Shown here piece by piece: positions 18,617 to 29,334 of a DNA stretch of 41,041 nt (its first letter is position 1; each line of letters opens with the position of its first letter). The stretch is from Oligoflexales bacterium (lineage in GTDB: Bacteria; Bdellovibrionota_B; Oligoflexia; Oligoflexales; Bog-1112). Below the pieces are notes generated by a model that saw only the letters and a program-made list of their open reading frames with translations, did not search any database and was not told the DNA's origin. Location of the stretch: positions 1-41,041 of the forward strand of contig JBGCDR010000140.1 in assembly GCA_045105515.1 (NCBI GenBank). Reading direction: 5' to 3'. Both the position numbers and the translations under genes were made by a program.

Positions 18617-18826
18617 GTATCAGTCCTCGGTTAAATAAACTTTTCATTCCTACTTAATGATCCCACCAGCAGCTAGGCTTTTCAATAAGCACACCTAGGC
18701 AATATCTCCTTAATACGCATACTCATAGAGCTAGTAGAACCCTTCCAGGTCTTTTTTACTCCTCCAGCAGGAGAATACTATGAAAAAATGTTGGAAATAA
18801 AGGCCACCAAGAAAGGATATTAATAT

Positions 18827-19873
18827 TCAATTAGCTAAATATTGCCTTAAGTAGGCTTTTGCAGAGGTAGCTTCAGTACTGGTATTGAATGAAGCAAGCA
18901 TTTGATTTTGATGTCTAAGCAAGCTTTTCCCATATGCTTTATCATAACGATTTTTAAGTAAGATAGTGATGACTGTCTTAAAATTTTCTGCAATTATACT
19001 CGAGCAAATAGTTTGATAATCTTCCGCTGATAAAAACCTTTTCACCTGCTGTAACTGTGTTAGAAACCTGTCCTCCTCCTCATTGTTCCAACTATTCGCG
19101 TATAAGTTTGCTAGGTATAAGACTCTATCTTCAAAGTCTTTTTCCAGGTAAACCATTGGAGATGCACAAAGCGCATTTCTCAAGGATTTCGACAAACAAA
19201 CAGGACCAATATTATTTTCTAGCTCTACAAGAATTTTCTTTGCTTTACTAATTTCAAGAAAAGCATCCACTAACAAATTCTCGAAGTCTTGCTGAGTCGG
19301 GCAAGGATTTTTCTGTCCAAAACCACCGAACGCAGAACCTCTATGATTCGCTAAGCCTTCAAAATCTATTGCCGCATGTCCCTCTTTAATCATTTCCTGT
19401 ATCAATTGTGTTTTACCAGTACCAGTCAGGCCGTTAAGCACCAAAAAATCTTTATGAGCAAAGTCTTCGAGAGTTTGTAAAACGAAAGTTCTAAATCTTT
19501 TGTAACCACCATCAAGGACAAGGACTGGAAGCCCTGCTGCCTCTAACCACATTCCCACGAGTCGAGACCTCATGCCTCCACGCCAACAATAAAGGACTAG
19601 TGACTTGCAGTTCTTGCTATAATCAACGCATTCGCCCAAAAATTCCTCAGCTTTCTCAGCAAAAAGCTCCAAACCAAGACGCGTTGCTGGCCCCTTTCCC
19701 TTTGATTTATAGAGGGTTCCAATAGTAGCTCTCTGATTATTATCCAATAAGGGAAGGCTATTTGCGTGGGGGATACAGCCTTTTTCAAATTCTCCCTCAC
19801 TGCGCAGGTCAAGTAAAATATAGTCTTTTAGCTTAATACCTGTCCTTACTTCACTCCATTCTGCGAAATCCAC
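18827..19873 (-). CDS. mnmH: tRNA 2-selenouridine synthase
   Basis: Rhodanese YCWRGGMRS, P-loop GLTGTGKT, EGLANHRGSAFG, PTQQDFEN. Confidence 0.92.
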   Translation of the reverse strand: MDFAEWSEVRTGIKLKDYILLDLRSEGEFEKGCIPHANSLPLLDNNQRATIGTLYKSKGKGPATRLGLELFAEKAEEFLGECVDYSKNCKSLVLYCWRGGMRSRLVGMWLEAAGLPVLVLDGGYKRFRTFVLQTLEDFAHKDFLVLNGLTGTGKTQLIQEMIKEGHAAIDFEGLANHRGSAFGGFGQKNPCPTQQDFENLLVDAFLEISKAKKILVELENNIGPVCLSKSLRNALCASPMVYLEKDFEDRVLYLANLYANSWNNEEEDRFLTQLQQVKRFLSAEDYQTICSSIIAENFKTVITILLKNRYDKAYGKSLLRHQNQMLASFNTSTEATSAKAYLRQYLAN

Positions 19874-19957
19874 GCCTTCTTGCTCCTTTAAAAATATTGA
19901 CTGTTAGCCTTCTCAGATTGAGAGAGCTAGATAGCAGAGAATACAACAACATAGTTC

Positions 19958-20560
19958 TTATGCTTTTAATCCTGCAAGCTTGATAATATGAGCAGTCAAG
20001 CCCCAGACTTGGGTTTGTACCGCATCGAAAAGGTAGGATTCACGCCAAACGCCGAACATATTAAAAGAAAACACTTCGGCTCTGTCTACCGAGAAATAAT
20101 TCCAAGGCAAGAGAAACAGCAGTTCAACTTCTTCCACATTCAACGAAAAGTCATGGTCGCCAACATCTGCTGTCATAAGAACGGGAATAACTTTGCTTCC
20201 ATTAATGCTGGTCTGAGATTCTAAATATCCATGAGTAGTTAAGTTTTTTCGGGAAATACCAATTTCTTCTTCAACCTCTCGCATAGCTGTTTCAGCAGGA
20301 TCTTTATCGCTAGCATCACATCGTCCACCGGCAAATCCAACCTGCCCCTTATGAGAGCCGACGGTCAAACTACGCTTTGTTAAAACAAGACGACAAAAGG
20401 ATTCTTCAATCATAGGGGGAATAAAGAGGAACGCTACCGCCGCCGATCCCTTTGCAACTGAATCTTGGGACCAAGATAAGTCGGGATAAATAGGTGCCGA
20501 AATTAAGGGAAGCTTACCATTGAATTCTTTTGATATACTTTGGAGTCTCATCACTAGCAA
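19958..20560 (-). CDS. CoA pyrophosphatase-type Nudix hydrolase
   Basis: LTKRS...HKGQVGFAGG...ETAMREVEEEIG, VWGLTA. Confidence 0.88.
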   Translation of the reverse strand: MLVMRLQSISKEFNGKLPLISAPIYPDLSWSQDSVAKGSAAVAFLFIPPMIEESFCRLVLTKRSLTVGSHKGQVGFAGGRCDASDKDPAETAMREVEEEIGISRKNLTTHGYLESQTSINGSKVIPVLMTADVGDHDFSLNVEEVELLFLLPWNYFSVDRAEVFSFNMFGVWRESYLFDAVQTQVWGLTAHIIKLAGLKA

Positions 20561-20611
20561 TAGTCATAGGTAGAAGCAATCACCTGAGTCTTTGATGCAA
20601 ACCTTTGACAT

Positions 20612-21106
20612 TTAGGCCTTAACACCAATTTCAGGAATTTTTAATCCCTTCTTATCTTTATACTTTAAGTTTTTTTTGTCAATTTTTTCTACTACAGGGA
20701 TGCTGGCGACTGGCTTTGCCAATTTCTCAGGCACAAGCATTTTAGTGTTGCCATTGAAAATGCTCCCTTCATTAATCACTAGTGAAGGAGTTACTATATC
20801 CCCTGTAAATTTACTTGTTGATTCTAGCTTTACTCGTCCACTAGCCTGGAGCTCTCCCTCTACTTGCCCCTGGATCACAACTTCATCCGCTTTAATTTTT
20901 GCAGTTATGAATGCTTCTTCTTCAATTATAAGAAGGCCTTCGGAGATGATTTCTCCTTCGATTTTTCCTCCTATCCGGCTAGATCCCCGACAAAAGAGCT
21001 TACCATTGAAATGACATCCAGGAGTTAAGATTGTAACTGCTGATTCGTGGAAACTAGCTCCACGTCGTTGCTTGTTGTTGCTTGGCTTTTTATCGGAAAA
21101 CACCAT
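20612..21106 (-). CDS. Bactofilin (polymer-forming cytoskeletal protein)
   Basis: Beta-helix repeats TILTPGCHFNGKL...IQGQVEGEL...FTGDIVTPSLVINEGSIFNG. Confidence 0.9.
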   Translation of the reverse strand: MVFSDKKPSNNKQRRGASFHESAVTILTPGCHFNGKLFCRGSSRIGGKIEGEIISEGLLIIEEEAFITAKIKADEVVIQGQVEGELQASGRVKLESTSKFTGDIVTPSLVINEGSIFNGNTKMLVPEKLAKPVASIPVVEKIDKKNLKYKDKKGLKIPEIGVKA

Positions 21107-21209
21107 GGTCCCATCCTTTTATTAGCGCTAAACTATGAGAATAGAGTAATCATGCTTTAATCTTCCGCTCTCATATGAAGCTTTTGCTTCACCGGTCGAA
21201 AGGTCTACC

Positions 21210-21923
21210 TTGAATTCATTCTATCACAGGAACCGCCGAAAATCGGCTCATCTCACAAGCATTTCTAGCTTTAATTTCAAATGGTTACCTAGTAGCAGTT
21301 GGAACAATGATCAGAGGCTGTTTTACCTAGACGAGCGCTGCAAGGATTACTCACCATTTTTATACCTACCTTCCTACCCCAATAAAAAATTAGAGAAAAA
21401 ACCCGAGCTCTTGGATCAATGGGTTCTCTGTGATTTTCACAACACCAACTACGTATGGTCTGAATGTCACCTATTTGAGTCTCATTTTAAACTGATTAAC
21501 ATCTACATGGGCAGCAGCAAGCTCACACCTGATTTTTTAGGGGATGCTTTGTCTTTGTTCATCTCGAGTCAAATCATAAGCCAAAAAGCAGACCTTCTTC
21601 AGGTCATTCCTGCTGATATTAGCTCTCAAAGACAACTCGAACCAATCCATAAAGGCATAGAAGCAAAAGATGTATGGATTACTCACTCCAATTTCTTGTT
21701 TGGAATAGGAGATTGTCCTGGCACTAAAATAAGATTATGGAAGTATTCGCCTGGAGAATGGTGGTCAGAACCGAAACGAATTCAAGACAAGAAAAAACTT
21801 GGATATATCGAAAAAAGGCTAAATCGTATTGAAAAAACTCAGTCCCTTAGCAAAAAAAAGTCAAAAGGGATCTCTGCGCTAATGAAGGTTTTAAATAGAC
21901 GAAAAAAAAAGACCAACACCTGA
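21210..21923 (+). CDS. Hypothetical protein with a basic C-terminal tail
   Basis: 237-aa ORF filling the gap between the bactofilin gene and rpsI. No recognised motif, and the start is uncertain. Confidence 0.6.
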   Translation: MNSFYHRNRRKSAHLTSISSFNFKWLPSSSWNNDQRLFYLDERCKDYSPFLYLPSYPNKKLEKKPELLDQWVLCDFHNTNYVWSECHLFESHFKLINIYMGSSKLTPDFLGDALSLFISSQIISQKADLLQVIPADISSQRQLEPIHKGIEAKDVWITHSNFLFGIGDCPGTKIRLWKYSPGEWWSEPKRIQDKKKLGYIEKRLNRIEKTQSLSKKKSKGISALMKVLNRRKKKTNT

Positions 21924-21964
21924 GCGTTGATCTTGTACGATTTTCCAATATAGGCTGGAAAAAA

Positions 21965-22360
21965 TTAACGTTTTGAAAACTGGAATTTTTTCCTTGCACC
22001 TGGTTGACCAGGAAGCTTTCTTTCTTTGATCCGAGAGTCACGAGTAATCAAGCCAGCACGTTTTAATACTGTTCTGTTCTCTGGCTCAATATCAGCTAAA
22101 GCCTTGGCTAAAGCATGACGTATTGCACCAGCTTGACCCTGTAGACCGCCGCCACAGACATTGATATTCAAATCAAATTTGCCAACTAGGTTTGTCAATT
22201 CGAGAGGCTGCATAATAAGCATCTTAGAAGTAGGACGAAGGTAGTACTCGTCCATAGGCTTCTTATTAATCGTAATCTCACCGCTACCTGGCTTTAAGTA
22301 AAGCCTTGCAACCGATGTCTTTCTCTTGCCAACAGCATGCTGAGTGTACTTTGTGCCCAT
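21965..22360 (-). CDS. rpsI: 30S ribosomal protein uS9
   Basis: [27 protein letters not shown]. Confidence 0.98.
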   Translation of the reverse strand: MGTKYTQHAVGKRKTSVARLYLKPGSGEITINKKPMDEYYLRPTSKMLIMQPLELTNLVGKFDLNINVCGGGLQGQAGAIRHALAKALADIEPENRTVLKRAGLITRDSRIKERKLPGQPGARKKFQFSKR

Positions 22361-22365
22361 AGGTC

Positions 22366-22812
22366 TTATTCTCCGTTTGCTAGCCTAGGTGCCATCACTT
22401 CTGGCTTCTGAGCTTCCTGTTTGTGCTCACCATCAGAATACACCTTCAAGTTGTTCATAACTTTGCGGGACAATTTTGTCTTTGGCATCATACCCTTAAC
22501 AGCATACTCAACTAAACGTTCTGGTTGTTTTGCTAGTAGGTCTTTAGCGCTAATGCCTTTAATACCACCGATATATCCGGAGTGGTGGTAATAGAACTTC
22601 TGGTCCCACTTACGACCACTTAGCTCTATTTTAGCTGCATTAGTTACAATGACATTGTCACCACAATCCAAATGAGGCACAAAACTTGGCTTGTGCTTTC
22701 CTCGTAAAACTCTTGCCACTTCAGATGCTAAACGTCCCAAAGATTTCCCAGTGGCATCTACTGTTACCCATTTTTTCTGAATATCAGCAGGCTTAATGCT
22801 GCAGGTTTTCAT
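22366..22812 (-). CDS. rplM: 50S ribosomal protein uL13
   Basis: [38 protein letters not shown] 6 nt before the ATG at 22812. Confidence 0.97.
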   Translation of the reverse strand: MKTCSIKPADIQKKWVTVDATGKSLGRLASEVARVLRGKHKPSFVPHLDCGDNVIVTNAAKIELSGRKWDQKFYYHHSGYIGGIKGISAKDLLAKQPERLVEYAVKGMMPKTKLSRKVMNNLKVYSDGEHKQEAQKPEVMAPRLANGE

Positions 22813-22890
22813 CATTAACTCCAATCGATCCAAGGGCTTATTTTGTTAGTTCTAGCCAAATCACAGCTAAAGCCCATTCGCAGGTGCGTA

Positions 22891-22919
22891 ATAGTATATT
22901 GACGGCTTACCAAGGTCAA
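22891..22919 (-). promoter_or_regulatory. sigma70 promoter of rplM-rpsI
   Basis: TTGACC-N17-TACTAT between the asnS stop and rplM. Confidence 0.7.
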
Positions 22920-22962
22920 CCTTAATCAATCGGTGCTAAGTATTGGGGCTCAGGCACTTCAC

Positions 22963-24351
22963 TTAAAAATCAATTAAATTTGGCGTCCTTGGACACATTA
23001 TAACGTCTCGGATATTCTGCATTCCGGTGACGTACATAACCATCCTCTCAAAACCCATCCCGAAACCTGCATGTGGCACAGACCCGAAACGGCGCAGATC
23101 AAGATACCATTGTAAATCTGCTTTGGGAATACCCAATGCATCCATTTTCGTGTCCAGAATATCTAGGCGCTCTTCCCTTTGTGAACCGCCAATCAATTCA
23201 CCAACACCAGGAACCAAAACATCCATCGCCGCAACTGTTTTTCCGTCATCATTTTGGCGCATATAAAAAGCTTTTATATCCTTGGGGTAATCGAATACGG
23301 TAACTGGCCCCTTGCAAATATGCTCAGTTAGGAAGCGCTCATGTTCAGTCTGCAGGTCCACTCCCCATTCAACTGGATACTCAAAGCTTTGCCTTGAATC
23401 TTGCAGTGCCTTAACAGCATCCGTGTAGGACATCTGAACAAAATTTGACCCAGCAAGCTTTTCAAGTTGCGCTACTGTAATGTTTTTATAGAGCTTCTCG
23501 AAAAATGCCAGCTCATCTGGGCACTTCTCAAGCACCTGCTTTACAAGGGATGCAACAAAGTTTTGGGCAAGATCCATGTCCACTTTCAAGTCTGCGAAAG
23601 CCATTTCAGGCTCTATCATCCAGAATTCAGAAAGATGACGCGTGGTGTTCGAGTTCTCAGCCCGGAAGGTAGGGCCAAAAGTATAAACATCCCCAAGGGA
23701 CAATGCCAAAAATTCAGCCTCAAGCTGTCCACTTACAGTAAGGTGAGCAGCTTTACCAAAGAAATCTTTGCTATAGTCCACCTTTCCTTGAGCATCCTTA
23801 GGAGGATTTTCAAAGTCCAGGGTAGAGACCTTAAACATTTCTCCCCCTCCTTCGCAATCGCTAGCGGTCAGGATTGGGGTATGTGCCCAAATGAAATCTC
23901 TCTGCCGAAAAAACTCATGCACCGCCTGCGCAAGTACATTGCGCACTCTGAACACCGCACCAAAAGTGTTGGTTCGCGGTCTCAAGTGAGCTATTTCTCT
24001 CAAAAATTCAAGTGAGTGGCCTTTTTTCTGCAAGGGATAAGAGTCTGCTGGTGCTTCTCCAATAATAGTGAGTTCCTTAGCAAGAACCTCCCACTTCTGA
24101 CCTTTTGCCGGGGAATCTCGTAGCTCGCCATTGACACTCACCGAACAGCCGGTTTGCACATCCTTCAAGATCTCAAATGCGGGGGTCCCAGCATCTACAA
24201 CAATCTGAAGTAAGTCCTGACAGGAGCCATCATTTACCGAGATAAATGCAAAATTTTTGGATACCCGTTTTGATCTAACCCAGGCTAAAACCTTAACTTC
24301 TTGACCATTTTCACCGTTAGCAATCATTTGCTTAATGTGGCGCCGGTACAT
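22963..24351 (-). CDS. asnS: Asparagine--tRNA ligase
   Basis: YPLQKK, HLRPRTN, LTVSGQLEAE, FRAENSNTTRHLSEFWMIEPE, PHAGFGMGFER. Confidence 0.97.
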   Translation of the reverse strand: MYRRHIKQMIANGENGQEVKVLAWVRSKRVSKNFAFISVNDGSCQDLLQIVVDAGTPAFEILKDVQTGCSVSVNGELRDSPAKGQKWEVLAKELTIIGEAPADSYPLQKKGHSLEFLREIAHLRPRTNTFGAVFRVRNVLAQAVHEFFRQRDFIWAHTPILTASDCEGGGEMFKVSTLDFENPPKDAQGKVDYSKDFFGKAAHLTVSGQLEAEFLALSLGDVYTFGPTFRAENSNTTRHLSEFWMIEPEMAFADLKVDMDLAQNFVASLVKQVLEKCPDELAFFEKLYKNITVAQLEKLAGSNFVQMSYTDAVKALQDSRQSFEYPVEWGVDLQTEHERFLTEHICKGPVTVFDYPKDIKAFYMRQNDDGKTVAAMDVLVPGVGELIGGSQREERLDILDTKMDALGIPKADLQWYLDLRRFGSVPHAGFGMGFERMVMYVTGMQNIRDVIMCPRTPNLIDF

Positions 24352-24388
24352 GCTGAACCTCTTTCCTTGGAGTCCTACTGCGAACGCA

Positions 24389-25609
24389 CTAAAACTGAAT
24401 CGACTTTATTTTCTCTTCTTCCATCTGTACAAGCTTCTTCCAGAATTCATATGGAATATAGACCTGCTCACCGGCGGCTTCATCTTTTTTAGTGAAAGCC
24501 CGCTGGTATACTTCGTAATATATTGCCAAGATATTTCTTGCAACCCTGAACCAATTAAAACTCTTTACTTGCTCAAACCCTCGGTTAATCAGATCCTGCT
24601 TATGTTCAGGGTTGAGCAAAATCTTCGCCATAGACTCGGAAATCTGCCTAATATCATAGGGGTTCACCTTGATAGCAGCATTTCCCACCACCTCCGGCAA
24701 GGAAGATGTAATTGAGGTAACCACAGGGGCTCCACTTGCCATTGCTTCTAATGGAGGCAAACCAAAACCCTCATAGAGACTTGGGTAAGCAACCAATCCA
24801 GCATGGCGATAATATGCCTTTAATTCATCATCGTCCACAAAACCCTTCAAGATTATGTCATCTTGATAATCACTAATCTTGAGCTTAAGTTCAGCAAAGA
24901 GAGGGCTTTCTCCGCCAATTAAAATGAGTTTTGTTTTAAGATCAGGATGTTGATTACGTAATAGTTGAAATGCTTCTACAAGCGAACCAATGTTTTTTCT
25001 TGGCTCTAAGGAGCCAACATAGAGAATATAGTCCTTTAAGGTCCACTCTTCTCCCACAGAGCATGCGTTATTTCCTAAGAATGAGTCATCTACAGCCCAA
25101 TAGACCATGCTCACTTTTTCTACAGGCAGCTTACAAAATTGGAGAAGATCATTCTTTGAATTATTACTATTGGTAATTACTCGAGCAGCTCTCTTTGCAA
25201 GCCTGGGAATCACCCAGTTATACCAAGTTCTAAAGGCAAAACTATACCACTGCGGATTCACCACAAAGCAAACATCGTGAATATGAACAAGTGACTTGCC
25301 TTTGAAAAATAATGGAGACATATTTGCGGGAGAATGCAAAAGGTCAACCTTAAATTTCTTAGCCAGGTAAGGCAGGACCAATTGTTCCCAGAACATATTT
25401 CTCAAGGTCTTGCCCGGCTCCACAAAAGATGCCACCACCTTAACATTAGGATAATCCCACTCAGGTTTTCCAAGCTCTTTTTTGCCTGTAAATAGGTAGT
25501 ATTCGTTTTCCCTATCCACGCTAACAAGTGTTTTAACCAAATTATATGCTGTTCGCTGAACCCCTGTTTTTTTAGCAACAAGGAAGCGCCCATTGATTCC
25601 TATTTTCAA
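24389..25609 (-). CDS. GT4 family glycosyltransferase (MtfB/WbaZ-like)
   Basis: [35 protein letters not shown]. Confidence 0.92.
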   Translation of the reverse strand: MKIGINGRFLVAKKTGVQRTAYNLVKTLVSVDRENEYYLFTGKKELGKPEWDYPNVKVVASFVEPGKTLRNMFWEQLVLPYLAKKFKVDLLHSPANMSPLFFKGKSLVHIHDVCFVVNPQWYSFAFRTWYNWVIPRLAKRAARVITNSNNSKNDLLQFCKLPVEKVSMVYWAVDDSFLGNNACSVGEEWTLKDYILYVGSLEPRKNIGSLVEAFQLLRNQHPDLKTKLILIGGESPLFAELKLKISDYQDDIILKGFVDDDELKAYYRHAGLVAYPSLYEGFGLPPLEAMASGAPVVTSITSSLPEVVGNAAIKVNPYDIRQISESMAKILLNPEHKQDLINRGFEQVKSFNWFRVARNILAIYYEVYQRAFTKKDEAAGEQVYIPYEFWKKLVQMEEEKIKSIQF

Positions 25610-25636
25610 CGAGTTTGCCTCACGATCCTTATGCGC

Positions 25637-26731
25637 TTAACACAAGTGATAAATATCCAAGGTCTTTTTTGCCATTTCTTCCCAAGAAAACTTCTTAGCG
25701 TAGCCCATGCGCTTGGCTTGTAACTCCCCATAATCTTTATTTTCTGTAAACGAAAGAGCTTTTTCCAGCGCTTTGGCAATACTAAGATAATCAAATGGGT
25801 CCATAAATATGGCATGCTCGCCCACCACTTCCGGCAGGCTTGCAGATTTTGCCACAACTACGGGAGCACCGCAAGAAAGGGCTTCCAAAGGTGGCAAACC
25901 AAAACCCTCATAGGTGGAAGGGTAAACAAACACTCGGGTCATAGAATACACACTTGGCAAATGTTCTTCCGCTATAAATTTTGAAAAGTAGATCAAATGC
26001 TTTTTACCAAAGCTTTCTGCCAGGCTAATGATGCGCGGATCACACTCGCTTGCCAAAACCAAGGGCAACTTCACATTTGAGAAGCAGTAAGCTCTTACCA
26101 GCTGATGAACATTTTTATGGGGCTTATTATTTGTCAGGCAAAAAATAAATTCTTTAGGTAATTCATAAATATCACGTATATAATCAACCCATTTTTCGTC
26201 TTTTACTAAGTTATAACGCCTAGAAACCCCATTGTATGTAACAAAGACTTTTTTAGGTTCTACAGCGAGGTTTCTGACTATCTCTGCCTTAGAAAAATTT
26301 GACACTGTCAGGATGTAACGAGACCTTTCAATGCAGCTTTTTACAAAGGTGTGATAGTAGAAAAGATGAAAAGGTGTATAAAATTGCGGAAGAACCAAAT
26401 GATTAAGATCATGGATCGTCATGAGCATAGGACTAGGACAAAATATTGGAGCTACAAATGAAGGTGCATGAAATAGATCAACTTTTAACTTCTTAAGCAA
26501 CCAAGGCAGTTCCCATTGCTCACTAAAGCTAATCCATTTGGATCGCATATTTACAAGATGCATATGTTTCGGCCACCGAATTTGCATCAGTGGATTATTT
26601 TTGTTTATAAGAATAAAAAATTCATGGCTTCGCCCTAGACCTTGGAAGCACTCTAGTAAATGGTGAACATAACGGGCAATGCCATGCATAGATCCAGGGC
26701 GCATCATCCTAGCATCAATCGCTATCCGCAT
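25637..26731 (-). CDS. GT4 family glycosyltransferase (MtfB/WbaZ-like)
   Basis: [33 protein letters not shown]. Confidence 0.92.
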   Translation of the reverse strand: MRIAIDARMMRPGSMHGIARYVHHLLECFQGLGRSHEFFILINKNNPLMQIRWPKHMHLVNMRSKWISFSEQWELPWLLKKLKVDLFHAPSFVAPIFCPSPMLMTIHDLNHLVLPQFYTPFHLFYYHTFVKSCIERSRYILTVSNFSKAEIVRNLAVEPKKVFVTYNGVSRRYNLVKDEKWVDYIRDIYELPKEFIFCLTNNKPHKNVHQLVRAYCFSNVKLPLVLASECDPRIISLAESFGKKHLIYFSKFIAEEHLPSVYSMTRVFVYPSTYEGFGLPPLEALSCGAPVVVAKSASLPEVVGEHAIFMDPFDYLSIAKALEKALSFTENKDYGELQAKRMGYAKKFSWEEMAKKTLDIYHLC

Positions 26732-27028
26732 ATATATCCTTATTGAAAGGAGTCGTGGTACAAGATTAACAATTAATTATTGTGAAAGGCCACCCCGAAA
26801 TTGTATTACAATCTTCAAATAGCTGGCGCTCATTAAATTCACCAAATTTAAGCTGTTGTATTCGTAATATTTCTAAAATCACAACATAATCCGGCACTAA
26901 TATCCAGTATTTTTAGGAAAAATTAGAAAAATTGTTTTTTAGTAAAGTCAAGATTTCCTCCACCGACTCTTACAAGTATGGCAGGTTTGGAAACACTGCC
27001 GTCAACATATGAATTGGAGGAATCAGTA

Positions 27029-28516
27029 ATGTTTTTATTTAGTTTGTCACAAGTACGTGACAAAAGATTAGTGCGCCTCATTCTAGGCTTGGTTTTGATA
27101 GCCACACACTTGCTGATGACTTCGTGTGGGATGGAATCAAACCCCCAATTTCAGGACCTTGGGACTGGGATTAAATCACAAATAGCCGATAAACAGGAAG
27201 TTGAGACCGTAGAGGAACAAGATCTCGACGCCCTTGCAGCTGAAGAAGACGAATCTGAAAATGATTTCGATGGCGAAATACTAAACGGACTAGCTCCCTC
27301 AATTGGTGATTCGATCGATGACCGCGTCATAGTATTAGCCAAAAAGAAGGGAACAGTCAGTAGCATTGATGTAGCCAACACAGGGGATGCTCTTGGAACT
27401 AGTGAGGTAATCGAGATTGACTTAGACAATTTGGACCCATCGACCTTAGGTGAAGGTACCATTGGCACTTCAACTGATTCTGATGGACAGACGGTGTATT
27501 CTCAGGTGCTTGTAATGCTGCAACCAGATCAAACAAAAGTTGATATTTTATGGGTAATCGACAGCTCACTTTCAATGGCTGAAGAACAAACCTACCTTGG
27601 AGCAAATTTTTCATCTTTTATCACTGCATTAGCTGCATCAAACCAAGAATTTCAGACTTCAGTAACTACCACCGATATTTGCCAAGGAATCGATTATCTT
27701 GACAGTTCTCTAGATCAGTCAACACTCCCTCCTCTATCTGAGAGAGCATGTCCGTTCTTATTTGGTGGTGATGCTTCAACCCAATTACGTGGATCTTTTG
27801 TCGGTGAAGATGGTCGAAAAGTACTGCAGGCCAGTGACTTAGACCTTGCTTCTAAATTTAGTGATTACACCAACGTTGGCACAAACGGCTCTAACTTTGA
27901 ACATGGGTTAAGGGCAACTTCAATGGCAGTAGAAAAAGTGCTAAGTGGTGAAAACGAAAATTTGATGCGTTCCGATGCATATCTTTCGGTAGTGATCATC
28001 AGTGACGAAGAAGACGAAGGAATTGGACTCAATCAATATGACCCAAGTCTTGGCTTTAATCCAACAACTGAGGGATGGACAACTTTCTCTTACACGAACG
28101 ACGATCTTATTGACTATTTAAATTCCGTAAAAGGAAAAGGAAAGTACTCCATTTCAACTATAACAGGTACAAGGGAAGATGATGGCTCATTATGTACTTC
28201 TGGTCACTCATCACCATCTGAGGAAGGGACAGCATTTATTGATGCAGCAGACAAAACAGGAGGAATTGTGCAGAGCATTTGTGACTCCAACTGGGCAGAT
28301 TCACTATACCAGATGGGCCAAGATCTAAATGCCCAAATATCCCAGATCAACCTTATGAAGTCACCAATCGATTCGACTATAAAAGTCTATGTAAATGATG
28401 AAGAATATGAGCATTGGACTTTTATTGAAGGGAATAATTCGCTTAAATTTAACAGCGATGCTATCCCTAGTCCTGGGTCAAGCATAGTTGTTTCGTACGA
28501 AAGCTTAGAACCTTAG
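27029..28516 (+). CDS. VWA-domain lipoprotein (CglB-like family)
   Basis: GGAGG RBS before the ATG at 27029, lipobox-like MTSC, acidic linker, MIDAS VIDSSLSM, IISDEED, SICD..W. Confidence 0.8.
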   Translation: MFLFSLSQVRDKRLVRLILGLVLIATHLLMTSCGMESNPQFQDLGTGIKSQIADKQEVETVEEQDLDALAAEEDESENDFDGEILNGLAPSIGDSIDDRVIVLAKKKGTVSSIDVANTGDALGTSEVIEIDLDNLDPSTLGEGTIGTSTDSDGQTVYSQVLVMLQPDQTKVDILWVIDSSLSMAEEQTYLGANFSSFITALAASNQEFQTSVTTTDICQGIDYLDSSLDQSTLPPLSERACPFLFGGDASTQLRGSFVGEDGRKVLQASDLDLASKFSDYTNVGTNGSNFEHGLRATSMAVEKVLSGENENLMRSDAYLSVVIISDEEDEGIGLNQYDPSLGFNPTTEGWTTFSYTNDDLIDYLNSVKGKGKYSISTITGTREDDGSLCTSGHSSPSEEGTAFIDAADKTGGIVQSICDSNWADSLYQMGQDLNAQISQINLMKSPIDSTIKVYVNDEEYEHWTFIEGNNSLKFNSDAIPSPGSSIVVSYESLEP

Positions 28517-28520
28517 AAAC

Positions 28521-29234
28521 TCAAAATGCCCACCCTAACTCGAGTGTTGGTAACACGGTAGTCATAAGTCGTCTCTTCACCTTAATTTCGTCATCAATTC
28601 CCAACGGGGAAAAGTTTGTGGGTTCCGACTCTTCCTTTTCCTTTTCACTTATCCTACTTTGAAAATGCCGTGCTTTTAAATAGAGACCAGCAACAAAGCC
28701 TACCGACTCAGCAACATATCGGTAACCAAAGCGAGCACTTACGACAGCTCCCGCTAGATTGAACTCATGATAGGTATTTCCCTCCTCATCAGTTCTAAGA
28801 TATGACAATGACGATTGATCTTGTGGTTTTGTCCACTTTGCCAAAATGCTTCGATAACCGGCACCAAGACCCCAATGAAATCCAGACATATCAATACCAG
28901 AACTAAATCTTTGAAAGACAAGACCAAGTTCTTGTCCCTGTAACATTAAAGAGCTACCCGGCTTTGATTCTTTTTCAGATTCTGTAAGTCTGTCGCTTTT
29001 GGCGAGTAGGCCCCAATAGAAGGCAAGGCTTGCATCACCACCTAAATTTAGATCAAGCTCGAGATTGCTTTCGTTCCCAACAGCCAGTACTGGTAAGGTA
29101 ACAAGAAATCTTCTTGGTTTTCCAAAACCAGCATTTGTGAATGCAATAAAAACAGTAAGAAAAATCAAATAGTTTATTTGCAATTTCGATCGCAAAGCTA
29201 CCTCTTTCACTAAATTTAAAAATAGATGTTTCAA
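28521..29234 (-). CDS. Small outer-membrane beta-barrel protein
   Basis: Signal-like N-terminus, amphipathic strands (GLGAGYR, ARFGYRY), C-terminal LELGWAF. Confidence 0.7.
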   Translation of the reverse strand: MKHLFLNLVKEVALRSKLQINYLIFLTVFIAFTNAGFGKPRRFLVTLPVLAVGNESNLELDLNLGGDASLAFYWGLLAKSDRLTESEKESKPGSSLMLQGQELGLVFQRFSSGIDMSGFHWGLGAGYRSILAKWTKPQDQSSLSYLRTDEEGNTYHEFNLAGAVVSARFGYRYVAESVGFVAGLYLKARHFQSRISEKEKEESEPTNFSPLGIDDEIKVKRRLMTTVLPTLELGWAF

Positions 29235-29334
29235 AAGACCTATGTTAAAAGGTCAATTTATGTTTATGTTTCCATGTTATCAGAAAATTAAGGACATTAC
29301 CTATACCTTGTCCAATCTTATAAGGTCTTACTTC

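Noticed and set aside
18769..18800. AGGAG followed by a 6-codon ORF (MKKCWK)
   Set aside because: Too short, opposite in orientation to both neighbours, no other support
21941..21962. TTTTCCA/TGGAAAA hairpin after rpsI
   Set aside because: Weak AT-rich stem with no following U-tract
23467..24015. 182-aa plus-strand ORF and the other short overlapping ORFs in the track (e.g. 7969-8271, 12820-13185, 24335-24715)
   Set aside because: Antisense or alternate-frame shadows of well-supported genes, with no motifs
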